Shown here in pieces: positions 20,716 to 32,200 of a stretch of DNA of 64,000 nucleotides (positions are counted from its first letter, which is position 1; every line of letters starts with the position of its first letter). The notes under the pieces were generated by a model. That model saw nothing but the letters and a program-made list of their open reading frames with translations. It was not told where the DNA came from and ran no database searches. Source of the stretch: Squalus acanthias (lineage: Eukaryota); contig CM059438.1 of assembly GCA_030390025.1 (NCBI GenBank), positions 57,042,001 through 57,106,000 of the forward strand, given 5' to 3'. A program made the position numbers and the translations under genes.

Positions 20716-23237
20716 CATGGGGAACTTTAATCTACATATTGATGGGGGACTTTAATCTACATATTGATGGGGGACTTTAATCTACATATTGACTGGGCAA
20801 ATCAAATTACCACTAATGGTGTGGAGGACGAATTCTTGGAATGCATGCGAGATGGTTTCCTGGATCAGTATGTGGAGAAACCAGCCAGGGAACAGGCTAT
20901 TCTGGATCTGGTGCTGTGTAATGAGAAAGGGTTAATCAATAATCTTGTGGTAAAGGGCCCTTTAGGGACAAGTGACCATAATATAATTGAATTTTATATT
21001 AAGTTTGAGAGTGATGTATTCCAATCTGAAACTAAGGTCTTCAATCTAAACAGAGGAAACTACAAGGGTATGAGGGACAAGTTGGCCATGGTAGATTGGG
21101 AGACTACACTAAAAGGTATGAAGGTGGACATACAATGGCTAACATTCAAGGAAATAATGCATAATTTGCAACAAACATATATTCCTCTAGGGCATAAAAA
21201 CCCAAAAGGAAAAGTGATCCAACCATGGCTAACAAAAGAAATTAAAGCTAGTATCAAGTCAAAGGAGGAAGCTTATAAAGTTGCAAGAAAAAGCAGTCAG
21301 CCTGAGGATTGGGATCTTTTTAGAAATCAGCAAAGGGGGACCAAGAAATTGATAAAGAAAGGGAAAATGGAATATGAGCACAAACTAGCGAAAAATATAA
21401 AAACGGATTGTAAAAGCTTCTATAGCTATGTGAAAAGGAAAAGACTGGCGAAGGTCAATGTAGGTCCTTTACAGTCAGAGACGGGAGAATTTATAATGGG
21501 GAATGAGGAAATGGCTGAGAAATTAAATAAATACTTTGTTTCTGTCTTCACGGAGGAAGACACAAAAAACCTCCCAGAAATCCGAGAAAACCAAGGGTGT
21601 GGCGAGAATGAGGAACTTAAAGAAATTATTATTAGTAAAAAAACAGTACTAGCAAAATTAATGGGACTAAAAGTCGATAAATCCCAAGGACCGGATGACC
21701 TACATCCTAGGGTTTTGAAAGAGGTGGCCATTGGGATATTGGTTGTCATCTTCCAAAATTCTATAGATTCTGGAATGATTCCTGCAGATTGGAGGATAGC
21801 AAATGTAACCCCACTATTTAAGAAAGGAGGGAGAGAGAAAACGGGGAACTACAGACCTGTTAGCCTCACATCAGTAGTTGGGAAAATGTTGGAATCTATT
21901 ATAAAGGATGCAATAACTGGGCACTTAGAAACTAATAGTAAGATTGGGCAGAGTCAACATGGATTTATGAAAGGGAAGTCCTGTTTGACAAACCTATTGG
22001 AGTTCTTTGAGGATGTAACTAGTGGAGTAGACAAAGGGGAACCGGTAGATGTGGTGTATTTGGATTTTTAGAAGGCCTTCGATAAGGTCCCACACAAGAG
22101 GTTGGTGAACAAAATTAGGGCACATGGAATTGGGGGTAATATACTAGCATGGATTAACAGACAGAAAACAAAGAGTAGGGATAAACGGGTCTTTTTCAGG
22201 ATGGCAGACTGTGACTAGTGGGGTACCGCAAGGATCGGTGCTTGGGCCCCAGCTATTCACAATCTATATCAATGATTTGGATGAGGCAACTAAATGTAAC
22301 ATTTCCAAATTTGCTGATGACACAAAGCTAGGTGGCAGTGTCAGTTGCAAAGAGGATGTGATGAGACTTCAAGGGGATCTCGACAGGCTCAGTGAGTGGG
22401 CGAGAACATGGCAGATGGATTATAATGTGGATAAATGTGAAGTTATCCACTTTGGTAGAAAAAACAGAAAGGCAGAGTATTTCCTAAATGGTGAAAGATT
22501 GGGGAATGCAGATGCTCAAAGGGACCTGGGTGTCCTTGTACATGAGTCACTGAAAGTGAATGTGCAGGTGCAGCAAGCCATTAGGAAGGCAAATGGTATG
22601 CTGGCCTTCATTACAAGAGGATTTGCGTACAGGAGTAAAGAAGTCTTACTCCAATTATATAGGGCCTTGGTGAGACCACACCTGGAGTACTGTGTACAAT
22701 TTTGGTCTCCTTACCTAAGGAAGGATATACTTGCCATAGAGGGAGTGCAACGAAGGTTCACGGGATTGATTCCTGGGATGGCGGGACTGTCGTATGAGAA
22801 GAGATTGAGTAAACTAGGCCTGTATTCTCTTGAATTCAGAAGAATGAGAGGGGATCTCATTGAAGCATACAAAATTATTACAGGGCTTGATAGGATGGAT
22901 GCTGGGAGAATGTTTCCCTTAGCTGGGGAGCCTAGAACCAGGGGCCACAGCCTCAGGATAAAGGGTAGGCAATTCAGGACTGAGATGAGAAGAAATTTCT
23001 TCACACAGAGGGTGGTGAATCTTTGGAATTCTCTACCCCAGAGTGCTGTGGAGGCTCAGTCATTGGGTATATTCAAAACAGAAGCCGATAGATTTCTGAC
23101 TAGTAAGGGCATCAAGGGATAGGGCGATAGGGCCGGTGAATGGAGTTGAGGTCGAAGATCAGCCATAATCTCATTGAATGGTGGAGCAGGCTCGAAGGGC
23201 CGAATGGCTGACTCCTGCTCCTATTTCTTATGTTCTT
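20716..23237 (+). mobile_element. CR1 LINE, 2.5 kb, from the endonuclease C-half through RT to the 3' tail
   Basis: MGDFN..ILDLVL..SDHN (APE), NYRPVSLTS, QHGF, YLDF*KAFD, SGVPQGSVLGP, FADD, tail cttatgttcttat. One nonsense codon (22069-22071) and a small frameshifting deletion near 22155. Confidence 0.97.
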
Positions 23238-23737
23238 ATCCGAACCGCGGAACTCCAGCATTACCGCGGGAGGCTTTAGTGATTGGCTCTGCATGAGCTG
23301 GGTGTGGAGTTCGTACTTTGTACCCACACTTAAGACCAAGGCCTTCCGTCCGCTGTAAGCCACACTCGACCGTGACTCCTTTAGGCTTAATCTCCTGCTC
23401 AACACTTAATTCCCACACTCAGCAAATGGCGTCCTTGCTAGTTCACGTTCCATCTGCTCCCACCATGCTGCATCACTGTGAACTATTCACGGCCCAAATC
23501 AAAGCACAATCAGCGATACGTGAATGGCACACGACACAATTACAAGTGTCCCAACTGCAACACCTGCCGCTGATTCAGTCCCAATCCAGTGGAACGGGTC
23601 CGTGGCTGTCCATAGTGGACGCAGCATAGTTTCAACGAGGCCTACTTGAAGTGGCTGGCAATTTGGATCCTCTGTTTCTTGTTCTCCGTCGCAAGAGCAT
23701 GGGTGGAGAATTTCCTAAATAGACTGCCCGTTGCCTG

Positions 23738-23800
23738 TAACAACAACTTGCATTTATATAGCACCTTTAACATAGTAAAACATCCCAAGGCGCTTCACAA
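23738..23800 (-). mobile_element. SINE/L2 3' tail
   Basis: aacaacaacttgcatttatatagcacctttaacatagtaaaacatcccaaggcgcttcaca. Confidence 0.7.
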
Positions 23801-24084
23801 GTGTGTCTGCAGAACAAGTTACCTGTTGAAACTCCTCTAAATGGTCATAACTGTCGAACTCCAGGGGTGTAAAAATGGCAAGGAATTGCTCTGTTGTATC
23901 AACTGGAGTAAACCATCGTAAAGATCAACACCTCAGGAAAACTGCAAATGGATCAAACGGCAAGCAACAAATTAAGAGAACTAGAAGGCTTATGAATGCT
24001 CAAGTACTCACGGCTAAAGCAATTTAAAGCTGCTTTTTCAGTTTAAAGATGTTTTCTCTGTTTCGAAGTTTCAACTTCAAAGGT

Positions 24085-25350
24085 CCTCGATAATTGAATT
24101 TCATAGTTCCGCTTTGCCTTCCTAAATGTTTTATTGACTTTTCTAATCTCTTCGTATTCTCTCTTGTCATGCTCTCGGCTGTCCATGTATTTAGTGTATG
24201 CATCTTTCCTTAACCTCAATTTTTCCCTTATGTCTTTATTCATCCATGGTGTCTCATTAGTGTTTAGTTTGTTCTTGTTTTTTAGCAGAATATATTTTTC
24301 CTGCACTCTGTTGAACACCGTTTTAAATGTTTCCCATTGCTGTTCTACATCATTGTTTAGCAATATTGTTGCCCATTTTATTTTCCCAAGTTCTATTTTC
24401 AACCCCTCAAAATCAGCTTTTCTCCAATCTATTACCCTGGTCTTTGACATGCTTATGCCCTTCTCAATTATTATCTTAAACCATATTATATTATGGTCAC
24501 TATTGCCTAGATGTTCCCCTACTTTTACTTCTTTTATCTGCTCTGGTTCATTCCCCATTACTAGATCCAGTAGTGAATCCTCCCTCATTGGGCTTCTTAC
24601 ATATTAGGTTAGAAAGGAGTCCAGTACACATTGTAGGAACTCCATTCCCTTATCCCCTTTACCTACCTCTTCTGGCCAATTAATTTCGGGGTAGTTGAAA
24701 TCCCCCATGATTATTATTCTATGTTTTTTACTCATTTCCCTAATTTGTTTGCATATTTCTTCCTCCACCTCCCTTCCACTATTAGGTGGTCTGTAGACTA
24801 CCTGTATTAGTGTGATTGATCCTTTATTATCTTTTATCTCTATCCATATGGATTCTATTTTTGTCTTGCTGATGGCTGTGCCACTTTTCTCTACTGCCAT
24901 ATGTTATCTCTAATAAGTACAGCTACTCCACCTCCCCTTTTTCCCTCTCTATCTTTTCTAAATATGTTATACCCTGCAATGTTTAATTCCCAGTCCTGAT
25001 TTGTCTGTAACCATGTCTCAGTAATCCCTACTATATCTGGTTCCTCGCCACATATTATTGCCTCCAGTTCCCCTGTTTTATTACGGACACAGTGTGCATT
25101 GCTGTACAGACAGTTTAACTCATTTTTAATAGCAGTTCCTCACACTTTATTTTTAACCATCTTTTTAGACTTCTGTTCTATGACTGTATTTATTCCCTGT
25201 CCATTTATATCCTCTCTTCGTTTAGTCTGCCCTAGGCTCTCCTTTCCTGTTTCGTTTATATTTAGGCTTGTTTCATTTCTTGTAGATCCTCCCCCACCCC
25301 CACCCCCACCCCTACCCCCACCACTCCCCTGTCTTACTAGTTTAAAGCCT
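24085..25350 (-). mobile_element. CR1 LINE 5' part of ORF2 (apurinic endonuclease and linker), decayed
   Basis: NAHCVRNK..PDIVGITETWLQ, ESIWIEI, VYRPPN, IIMGDFNYP, LLDLVM, SDHN, PWMN. Confidence 0.9.
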
Positions 25351-25361
25351 TTGCCATCTCT

Positions 25362-25785
25362 AGACTAGAGAAGCTGGGGTTGTTCTCCTTAGAGCAGGGA
25401 AGGTTAATGGGAGATTTAATTGAAATGTTCAAAATTATGAGGGGTTTTGATAGAGTAAATAAGGATAAATCGTTTGCACTGGCAGGAGTATCGCTAACAC
25501 AGATTTAAAATAATTAGTAAAAAAGCCAGGGGGGAGTTGAGGAGAATGTTTTCACGCAGCGAGTTGTTGTGATCTGCAATGCACTGCCTGAAAGGGTAGT
25601 GGAAGCAGATTCAATAATAACTTTCAAAATGGAATTGGATCTCTACTTAAAACAGAAAAATTTGCAGGGCTATGGGGAAAGAGCAGGGAGTGGGACTAAT
25701 TGGAGAGCTCTTTCAAAGAGCCGGCACAGGCACGATGTGCCGAATGGCCTCCTTCCGTGCTGTGTGACTCGATGATTTATGACGA
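25362..25785 (+). mobile_element. CR1 LINE 3' end
   Basis: RLEKLGLFSLEQ..NALPERVVEA, plus 3' UTR gccgaatggcctccttccgtgctg. Confidence 0.88.
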
Positions 25786-26459
25786 CTGTGACATTTGCAT
25801 GGGAACAGTGTCCAGAGCCAGAAAATATACTCATTGGAGATCTATATCAGCCTGCAAATGCTCAGCATTATTTTTCAGTGTTCGATTTTGCTCTTTTATC
25901 GAAGAAGATAAGAAAACCTAATGTTTAATCATAATCTCATGACGAGAATGCTTCCTAATTTCTAGCAGTAAGAGTAATGTAACAGCCAATCATGACTTGC
26001 CTTCAATAACACAACAGAGGCACAGTAGGTGCACCTCTGCTGAATAGTTTTACTGTTGTGATGGAAGCTTTGGGGTCTGAACTCCAACACATAGTCAGAG
26101 TGCTGCTTTAGCTCACTTGGAGAACGACCATAAGCGGGATTCTGAGACCCTCCGTCCTATGGTCTCCTCGTGAGGAGAATGCGTTCTGGGGCTGGCTGGC
26201 TTAGAATAACAGGAGCAGCCAATGGGCTTGGATGTCGGTGGCAGTTCTATACCATCACACAACCCTGCACGAGCCACAGTGGGCACTGGCTCTGAAAACA
26301 ATGGGCCTGTATCAACTCCAGCAAAGGTGAGCACTTGCAGTAATACAGGCCCAAATACAGGCACTAGCTTTTCTACATCCCTTTCAGCTTGCCAGCTGGG
26401 TAATAGGCCACCCACCAATCCATTACCTAAGCATTGGACACATCAATAGGCAGTAAAAC

Positions 26460-27530
26460 TGGTCAATGGAAATCAGGGGGAAACCTCTCCAGTGGCTGGC
26501 GTCATACTGAGCACAAGGGGAAATGGTTGTGGTGGTTGAAGGCCAATCACCTCAGCCCCAAGACATCGCTGCAGGAGTTCCTCAGGGCAGTATCCTAGGC
26601 CCAACCATCTTCAGCTGCTTTATCAATGACCTTCCCTCCATCAGATGTGGGGATGTTCGCTGATGATTGCAAAGTGTTCAGTTCCATTCACAACTCCTCA
26701 GATAATGAAGCAGTCCATGCCCGTATGCAGCAAGACCTGGACAACATTCAGGCTTGGGCTGATAAGTGGCAAATAACATTCGTGCCACACAAGTACCAGG
26801 CAATGACCATCTCCAACAAGAGTGTTGAACCACCTCCTCTTGACATTCAATGGCATTACCATCATCGAATCCCCCACCATCAATATCCTGGGGGTTACCA
26901 TTGATCATTAACTAGACCAGCCACATAAATACTGTGGCTACAAGAGCAGGTCAGAGGCTGGGTATTCTGCGGCGAGTGTCTCACCTCCTGACTCCCCAAA
27001 ACCTTTCCACAAGGCAGAAGTCAGGAGTGTGATGGAATACTCTCCACTTGCCTGGATGAGTGCAGCTCCAACAACACTCAAGAAGCTCGACACCATCCAG
27101 GACAAAGCAGCCCGCTTGATTGGCACCCCATTCATCACCTAAACATTCACTCCCTCCACCACCGGCGTACCGTGGCTGCAGTGTGTACCATCTACAAGAT
27201 GCACTGCAGCAACTCGCCAAGGCTTCTTCGACAGCACCTCCCAAACCCGCGACCTCTTCCACCTAGAAGGACAAGGGCAGCAGGTGCATGGGAACACCAC
27301 CACCTCCAAGTTCCCCTCCAAGTCACACACCATCCTGACTTGGAAGTATACCACTGATCCTTCATCGTCGCTGGGTCAAAATCCTGGAACTCCTCCCTAA
27401 CAGCACTGTGGGAGTACCTTCACCACACGGACTGCAGCGGTTTAAGGAGGCGGCTCACCACCACCTTCTCAAGGGTAATTAGGGATGGGCAATAAATGCT
27501 GGCCTTGCCAGCGATGCTGTGAACGAATAA
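26460..27530 (+). mobile_element. Non-LTR retrotransposon (CR1/L2 group, different family), RT to 3' end, decayed
   Basis: AGVPQGSILGPTIFSCFINDLPS, GMFADDC, QQDLDNIQAWADKWQ, VRSVMEYS; AATAAA in the tail. Confidence 0.9.
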
Positions 27531-27809
27531 AACAAAAGTGGGGATATGCTCAAGGTACACGAGAGGCAGAAAACCACAAAATGATGTTTAATTGAGTGGA
27601 ATGGCTTAACTCATTCACCTGTGCCAAACACTTTGAATAAAGGACTTTGCTTGTAAATATTTTTATAAAGGTAAATACGACAACCTGTCAGTCACTGTCA
27701 AGGTGAACATTACTGTGAACTTTTTGACACTTCTTTTTCCAAGCAACAATGAACGTTACTGTGGAAACTCCCAACCAGCCGTGCGCACACATTCAGGTGA
27801 CAAAAAAAA

Positions 27810-27920
27810 AGAAAGACTTGCATTTCTATAGCGTCTTTCACGACCACAGGATGTCCCAAAGCGCTTTACAGCCAATGAAGTACTTTTGAAATGTAGTCAC
27901 TGTTGTAATGTAGAAAGCGA
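27810..27920 (-). mobile_element. SINE 3' tail
   Basis: gaaagacttgcatttctatagcgtctttcac..gccaatgaagtacttttgaaatgtagtcactgttgtaatgtag, shared with 28500 and 33727. Confidence 0.75.
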
Positions 27921-28499
27921 TGCAATATTTGCTTGGGCAAAGGGATTTCATTGGCCCGTGGCCCCGAAGTAAGCTTCCCACAAAAATCTCATGATCTCTT
28001 TTCCAACGCGTAATTGAAATCAATGCAAGTTAATGGGGATTCCCAGTGCAGCGCTGCTGTGACGTCAACAAGCTGTCTCAGCAGCCAATCAAAACGCAGA
28101 ATTCCCACAGTCCAGGAACCAGGAAGTGGGGAAGCTCCTTTGAGTCTAGTTTTTAAAAAATGTTGGAGAGAGCAAAACAAAGATTGGGACTCTCACATGG
28201 GGAAAATGCAAACCTGAAATAAAGATGAACAAACTTTTAAAAGTCGGGATAAATTTGACACTCCACAAAATTAAAATGAGTTTTTTCAGGGCCATAACCT
28301 TTGTTCAGCAGCACCTAGTCCAACGCTGCCAGCTCGCTGTCATCAGGACCTCAAATTCCAGGCCATTACTTTCACCATGGAAACCAGCCAACACTAGAAA
28401 AAGGCCTGAGCTTTTACCAACTGCCGGGAGTCCCCAAGGCCTCAGACATTATTGACCCCAGGCTCCTCAATGTCATCTCCTTCGTGAAGAGAAAGGGAA

Positions 28500-28865
28500 A
28501 GAAAGAACTTGCATTTATATAGCGCCTTTCACAACCTCAGGACGTCCAAAGTGCTTTCTAGCCAGTGAATTTCTTTTGAAGTGTAGTCACTGTTGTAATG
28601 TAGGAAACGTGGCAGTGAATTTGCGCACAGCAAGATCCCACAAACCCATGTGGGACCTGCAATGTGATAATGACCAGATAATCTGTTTTTAGTGATGTTA
28701 GTTGAGGGATAAATATTGGCCAGGATGCCGGGGAGAACTCCCCTGCTCTTCTTCGAAATAGTGGCCGTGGGATCTTTTACATCCACCAGAGAGAGCAGAC
28801 GGGGCCTCGGCTTAACGTCTCATCCGAAAGACGGCACCTCTGACAATGCAGCACTCCCTCAGTAC
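28500..28865 (-). mobile_element. Deu-type SINE, 5'-truncated antisense copy
   Basis: ggggcctcggcttaacgtctcatccgaaagacggcacctctgacaatgcagcactccctcag is the reverse complement of the core at 5998-6060. Confidence 0.85.
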
Positions 28866-29206
28866 TTCAAGAAAACTTCAAGAAGTGGTTTGGGTGTCCT
28901 GAGGTCATGTATATAAACGCCAATCAAATCACTAAACCAGGATAGTTGGAATTGGGGGGGTCGCAGTTTGATTGAATGATTTGTGCCAAATAACTTGAAT
29001 GACTTAGTGCACAGGCCCTTATCTAGGACACTGTGAACAATTAAACTGCACATACAGGACATCCTGAACTATGCCCTACCCCGAGGTGCAGAAACAGCTC
29101 ACACTAACTAACCTTAACCCTGCATGTGTAATGTGGCCAGTGATAAACAACACAACAAATAATCTGTGAGGTGTGTGTGTGATTGCGCTTTTCTGCAGTA
29201 TAAGCC

Positions 29207-32200
29207 TGTGTGAGTGAGTGTGTGAGTGTGAGTGTGTGAGTGTGTGTGAGTGTGTGAGTGTGAGTGAGTGTGTGTGTGAGTGTGTGAGTGTGAGTGAGTG
29301 AGTGTGTGTGAGTGAGTGTGTGTGAGTGAGTGTGTGTGAGTGAGTGAGTGTGAGTGTGTGAGTGTGAGTGAGTGTGTGTGAGTGTGTGAGTGTGTGAGTG
29401 AGTGAGTGTGTGAGTGAGTGAGTGTGTGAGTGTGAGTGAGTGTGTGTGAGTGAGTGAGTGTGAGTGTGTGAGTGAGTGAGTGTGTGAGTGTGAGTGAGTG
29501 TGTGTGAGTGAGTGAGTGAGTGTGTGAGTGAGTGAGTGTGAGTGAGTGTGTGTGAGTGTGTGAGTGAGTGTGTGTGTGTGAGTAAGTGTGTGAGTAAGTG
29601 TGCGAGTGAGTGTGTGAGTGAGTGTGTGTGAGTGAGTGTGTGAGTGTGTGAGTGTGAGTGAGTGTGTGTGAGTGAGTGAGTGTGAGTGTGTGAGTGAGTG
29701 AGTGTGAGTGTGTGAGTGTGAGTGAGTGTGTGTGAGTGTGTGAGTGAGTGTGTGTGTGTGAGTAAGTGTGTGAGTAAGTGTGCGAGTGAGTGTGTGTGAG
29801 TGAGTGTGAGTGTGTGTGTGTGAGTGAGTGTGAGTGAGTGTGTGTGTGAGTGAGTGTGTGTGAGTGAGTGTGTGTGTGTGTGTGAGTGTGTGTGTGAGTG
29901 AGTGAGTGTGAGTGTGTGAGTGAGTGTGTGAGTGAGTGTGTGTATGTGAGTGTGTGTGTGTGTGTGAGTGAGTGTGTGTTTCTTAGTGAGTGTGTGAGTG
30001 TGTGAGTGAGTGTGTGAGTGAGCGAGTGTGTGAGTGAGCGAGTGTGTGAGTGAGTGTGTGAGTGAGTGAGTGTGAGTGAATGTGTGTTTGTCAGTGTGAG
30101 TGAGTGTGTGAGTGTGAGTGAGTGTGTGAGTGAGTGTGTGAGTGTGTGAGTAAGTGTGAGTGAGTATGTGTGAGTGTGAGTGAGTGTGTGTGAGTGAGTG
30201 TGTGTGTGTGTGAGTGAGTGAGTGTGTGAGTCAGTGTGTGTGTGTTTGTGTGAGTGTGTGTGAGTGAGTGTGTGTGTGTGTGAGTGTGTGTGTGAGTGAG
30301 TGAGTGTGAGTGTGTGAGTGAGTGTGTGAGTGAGTGTGTGTATGTGAGTGTGTGTGTGTGTGTGAGTGAGTGTGTGTTTCTTAGTGAGTGTGTGAGTGTG
30401 TGAGTGAGTGTGTGAGTGAGCGAGTGTGTGAGTGAGCGAGTGTGTGAGTGAGTGTGTGAGTGAGTGAGTGTGAGTGAATGTGTGTTTGTCAGTGTGAGTG
30501 AGTGTGTGAGTGTGAGTGAGTGTGTGAGTGAGTGTGTGAGTGTGTGAGTAAGTGTGAGTGAGTATGTGTGAGTGTGAGTGAGTGTGTGTGAGTGAGTGTG
30601 TGTGTGTGTGAGTGAGTGAGTGTGTGAGTCAGTGTGTGTGTGTTTGTGTGTGTGAGTGTGTGAGTGAGTGTGTGTGAGTGTGTGAGTGAGTGAGTGTGTG
30701 AGTGCGAGTGAGTGTGTGAGTGTGAGTGAGTGAGTGTGAGTGAGTGTGTGAGTGTGAGTGAGTGAGTGTGTGAGTGAGTGAGTGTGTGAGTGAGTGTGTG
30801 AGTGAGTGAGTGTGTGAGTGAGTGTGTGAGTGAGTGAGTGTGTGTGTGTGTGAGTGAGTGTGAGTGTGGGAATGAGTGAGTGTGAGTGAGTGTGAGTGCG
30901 TGCGTGAGTGAGTGTGTGAGTGAGTGTGAGCGTGTGAGTGAGTGAGTGTGTGAGTGTGAGAGTGAGTGTGTGTGAGTGAGTGTGTGTGAGTGAGTAAGCG
31001 TGAGTGTGTGTGTGAGTGTGTGTGAGTGTGTGTGAGTGAGTGAGTGTGAGTGTGTGAGTGAGTGAGTGTGTGAGTGAGTGTGAGAGTGAGTGTGTGTGAG
31101 TGAGTGTGTGTGAGTGAGTAAGCGTGAGTGTGTGTGTGAGTGTGTGTGTGAGTGAGTGTGAGTGTGTGAGTGAGTGTGTGAGTGTGAGTGTGTGAGTGTG
31201 AGTGTGTCATAGAGTCATACAGCACAGAAAGAGGCCCTTCGGCCCATCGTGTCCGCGCCGGCCATCAAACCCTATCTATTCTGATCCCATTTTCCAAAAC
31301 TTGGTCCGTAGCCTTGTATGCTATGGCGTTTCAAGTGCTCATCTAAATGCTTCTTGAATGTTGTGAGGGTTCCTGCCTCTACCACCCTTTCAGGCAGTGA
31401 GTTCCAGATTCCAACCACCCTCTGGGTGAAAAAGTTTCTCCTCAAATCCCCTCTAAACCTCCTGCCCCTTACCTTGAAACTATGCCCCCTGGTTATTGAC
31501 CCCTCTACTAAGGGGAAAAGTTCCTTTCTATCTATCCTATCTACGCCCCTCATAATTTTGTACACCTCAATCAGTTCCCCCCTCAGCCTTCTCTGCTCTA
31601 AGGAAAACAACCCCAGCCTGTCCAGTCTCTCTTCATAGCTGAAACACTCCAGCCCAGGTAACATCCTGGTGAATCTCCTCTGCACCCTCTCCAATGCAAT
31701 CACATCCTTCCTATAGTGTGGCGACCAGAACTGCACACAGTATTCCAGCTGTGGCCTAACTAGCGTTTTGTACAGCTCCATCATAACCTCCTTGCTCTTA
31801 TATTCTATGCCTTGGCTAATGAAGGCAAGTATCCCATATGCCTTTTTAACCACCTTATCTACCTGTCCTGCTGCCTTCAGGGATCTATGTACATGCACAC
31901 CAAGGTCCCTCTGATCCTCTGTCCTTCCTAGGGTCCTACCATTCATTGTGTATTCCCTTGCCTTGTTAGTCCTCCCAAAATGCATCACCTCACACTTTTC
32001 AGGGTTAAATTTCATTTGCCACTGTTCTGCCCATCTGACCAACCCGTCTATATCGTCCTGTAGCCTGAGGCTTCCCTCCTCGCTATTTACCACTCCACCA
32101 ATTTTCGTGTGTGAGTGAGTGTGTGAGTGAGTGTGTGAGTGTGTGAGTGAGTGTATGATTGTGTGTGTGTGTGTGTGTCTGAGTGAGTGAGTGTGAGTGA

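Larger units (their letters stand above)
17250..23714 (-). pseudogene. Decayed Mutator-like (MULE; ZSWIM3/FAR1-like) transposase with SWIM and PHD fingers, interrupted by an intronic CR1 and a minisatellite
   Basis: 23714-23568: HFK*ASLKLCCVHYGQPRTRSTGLGLNQR. From 20371: YLAMGCKAIIVLKF..HTH, LVTLPDIRNIK, FPELMFIDGTYKINEYGYPLY, IMDKG, LLCQFH, GNSTSNRIESENGKIK. SWIM TCSCTFWSQHLLPWKH (~19215-19165). PHD WVECERGCSRWFHLCC..LCEC (17410-17320). Multiple stops and frameshifts. Confidence 0.85.

Noticed and set aside
4300..25785. The CR1 piece ending at ~4412 (..gtggagagact) appears to resume at ~25362 (agactagagaagctg), suggesting one element split by 21 kb
   Set aside because: CR1 3' fragments are very abundant, and the intervening DNA is a mosaic of many ages; coincidence is more likely.
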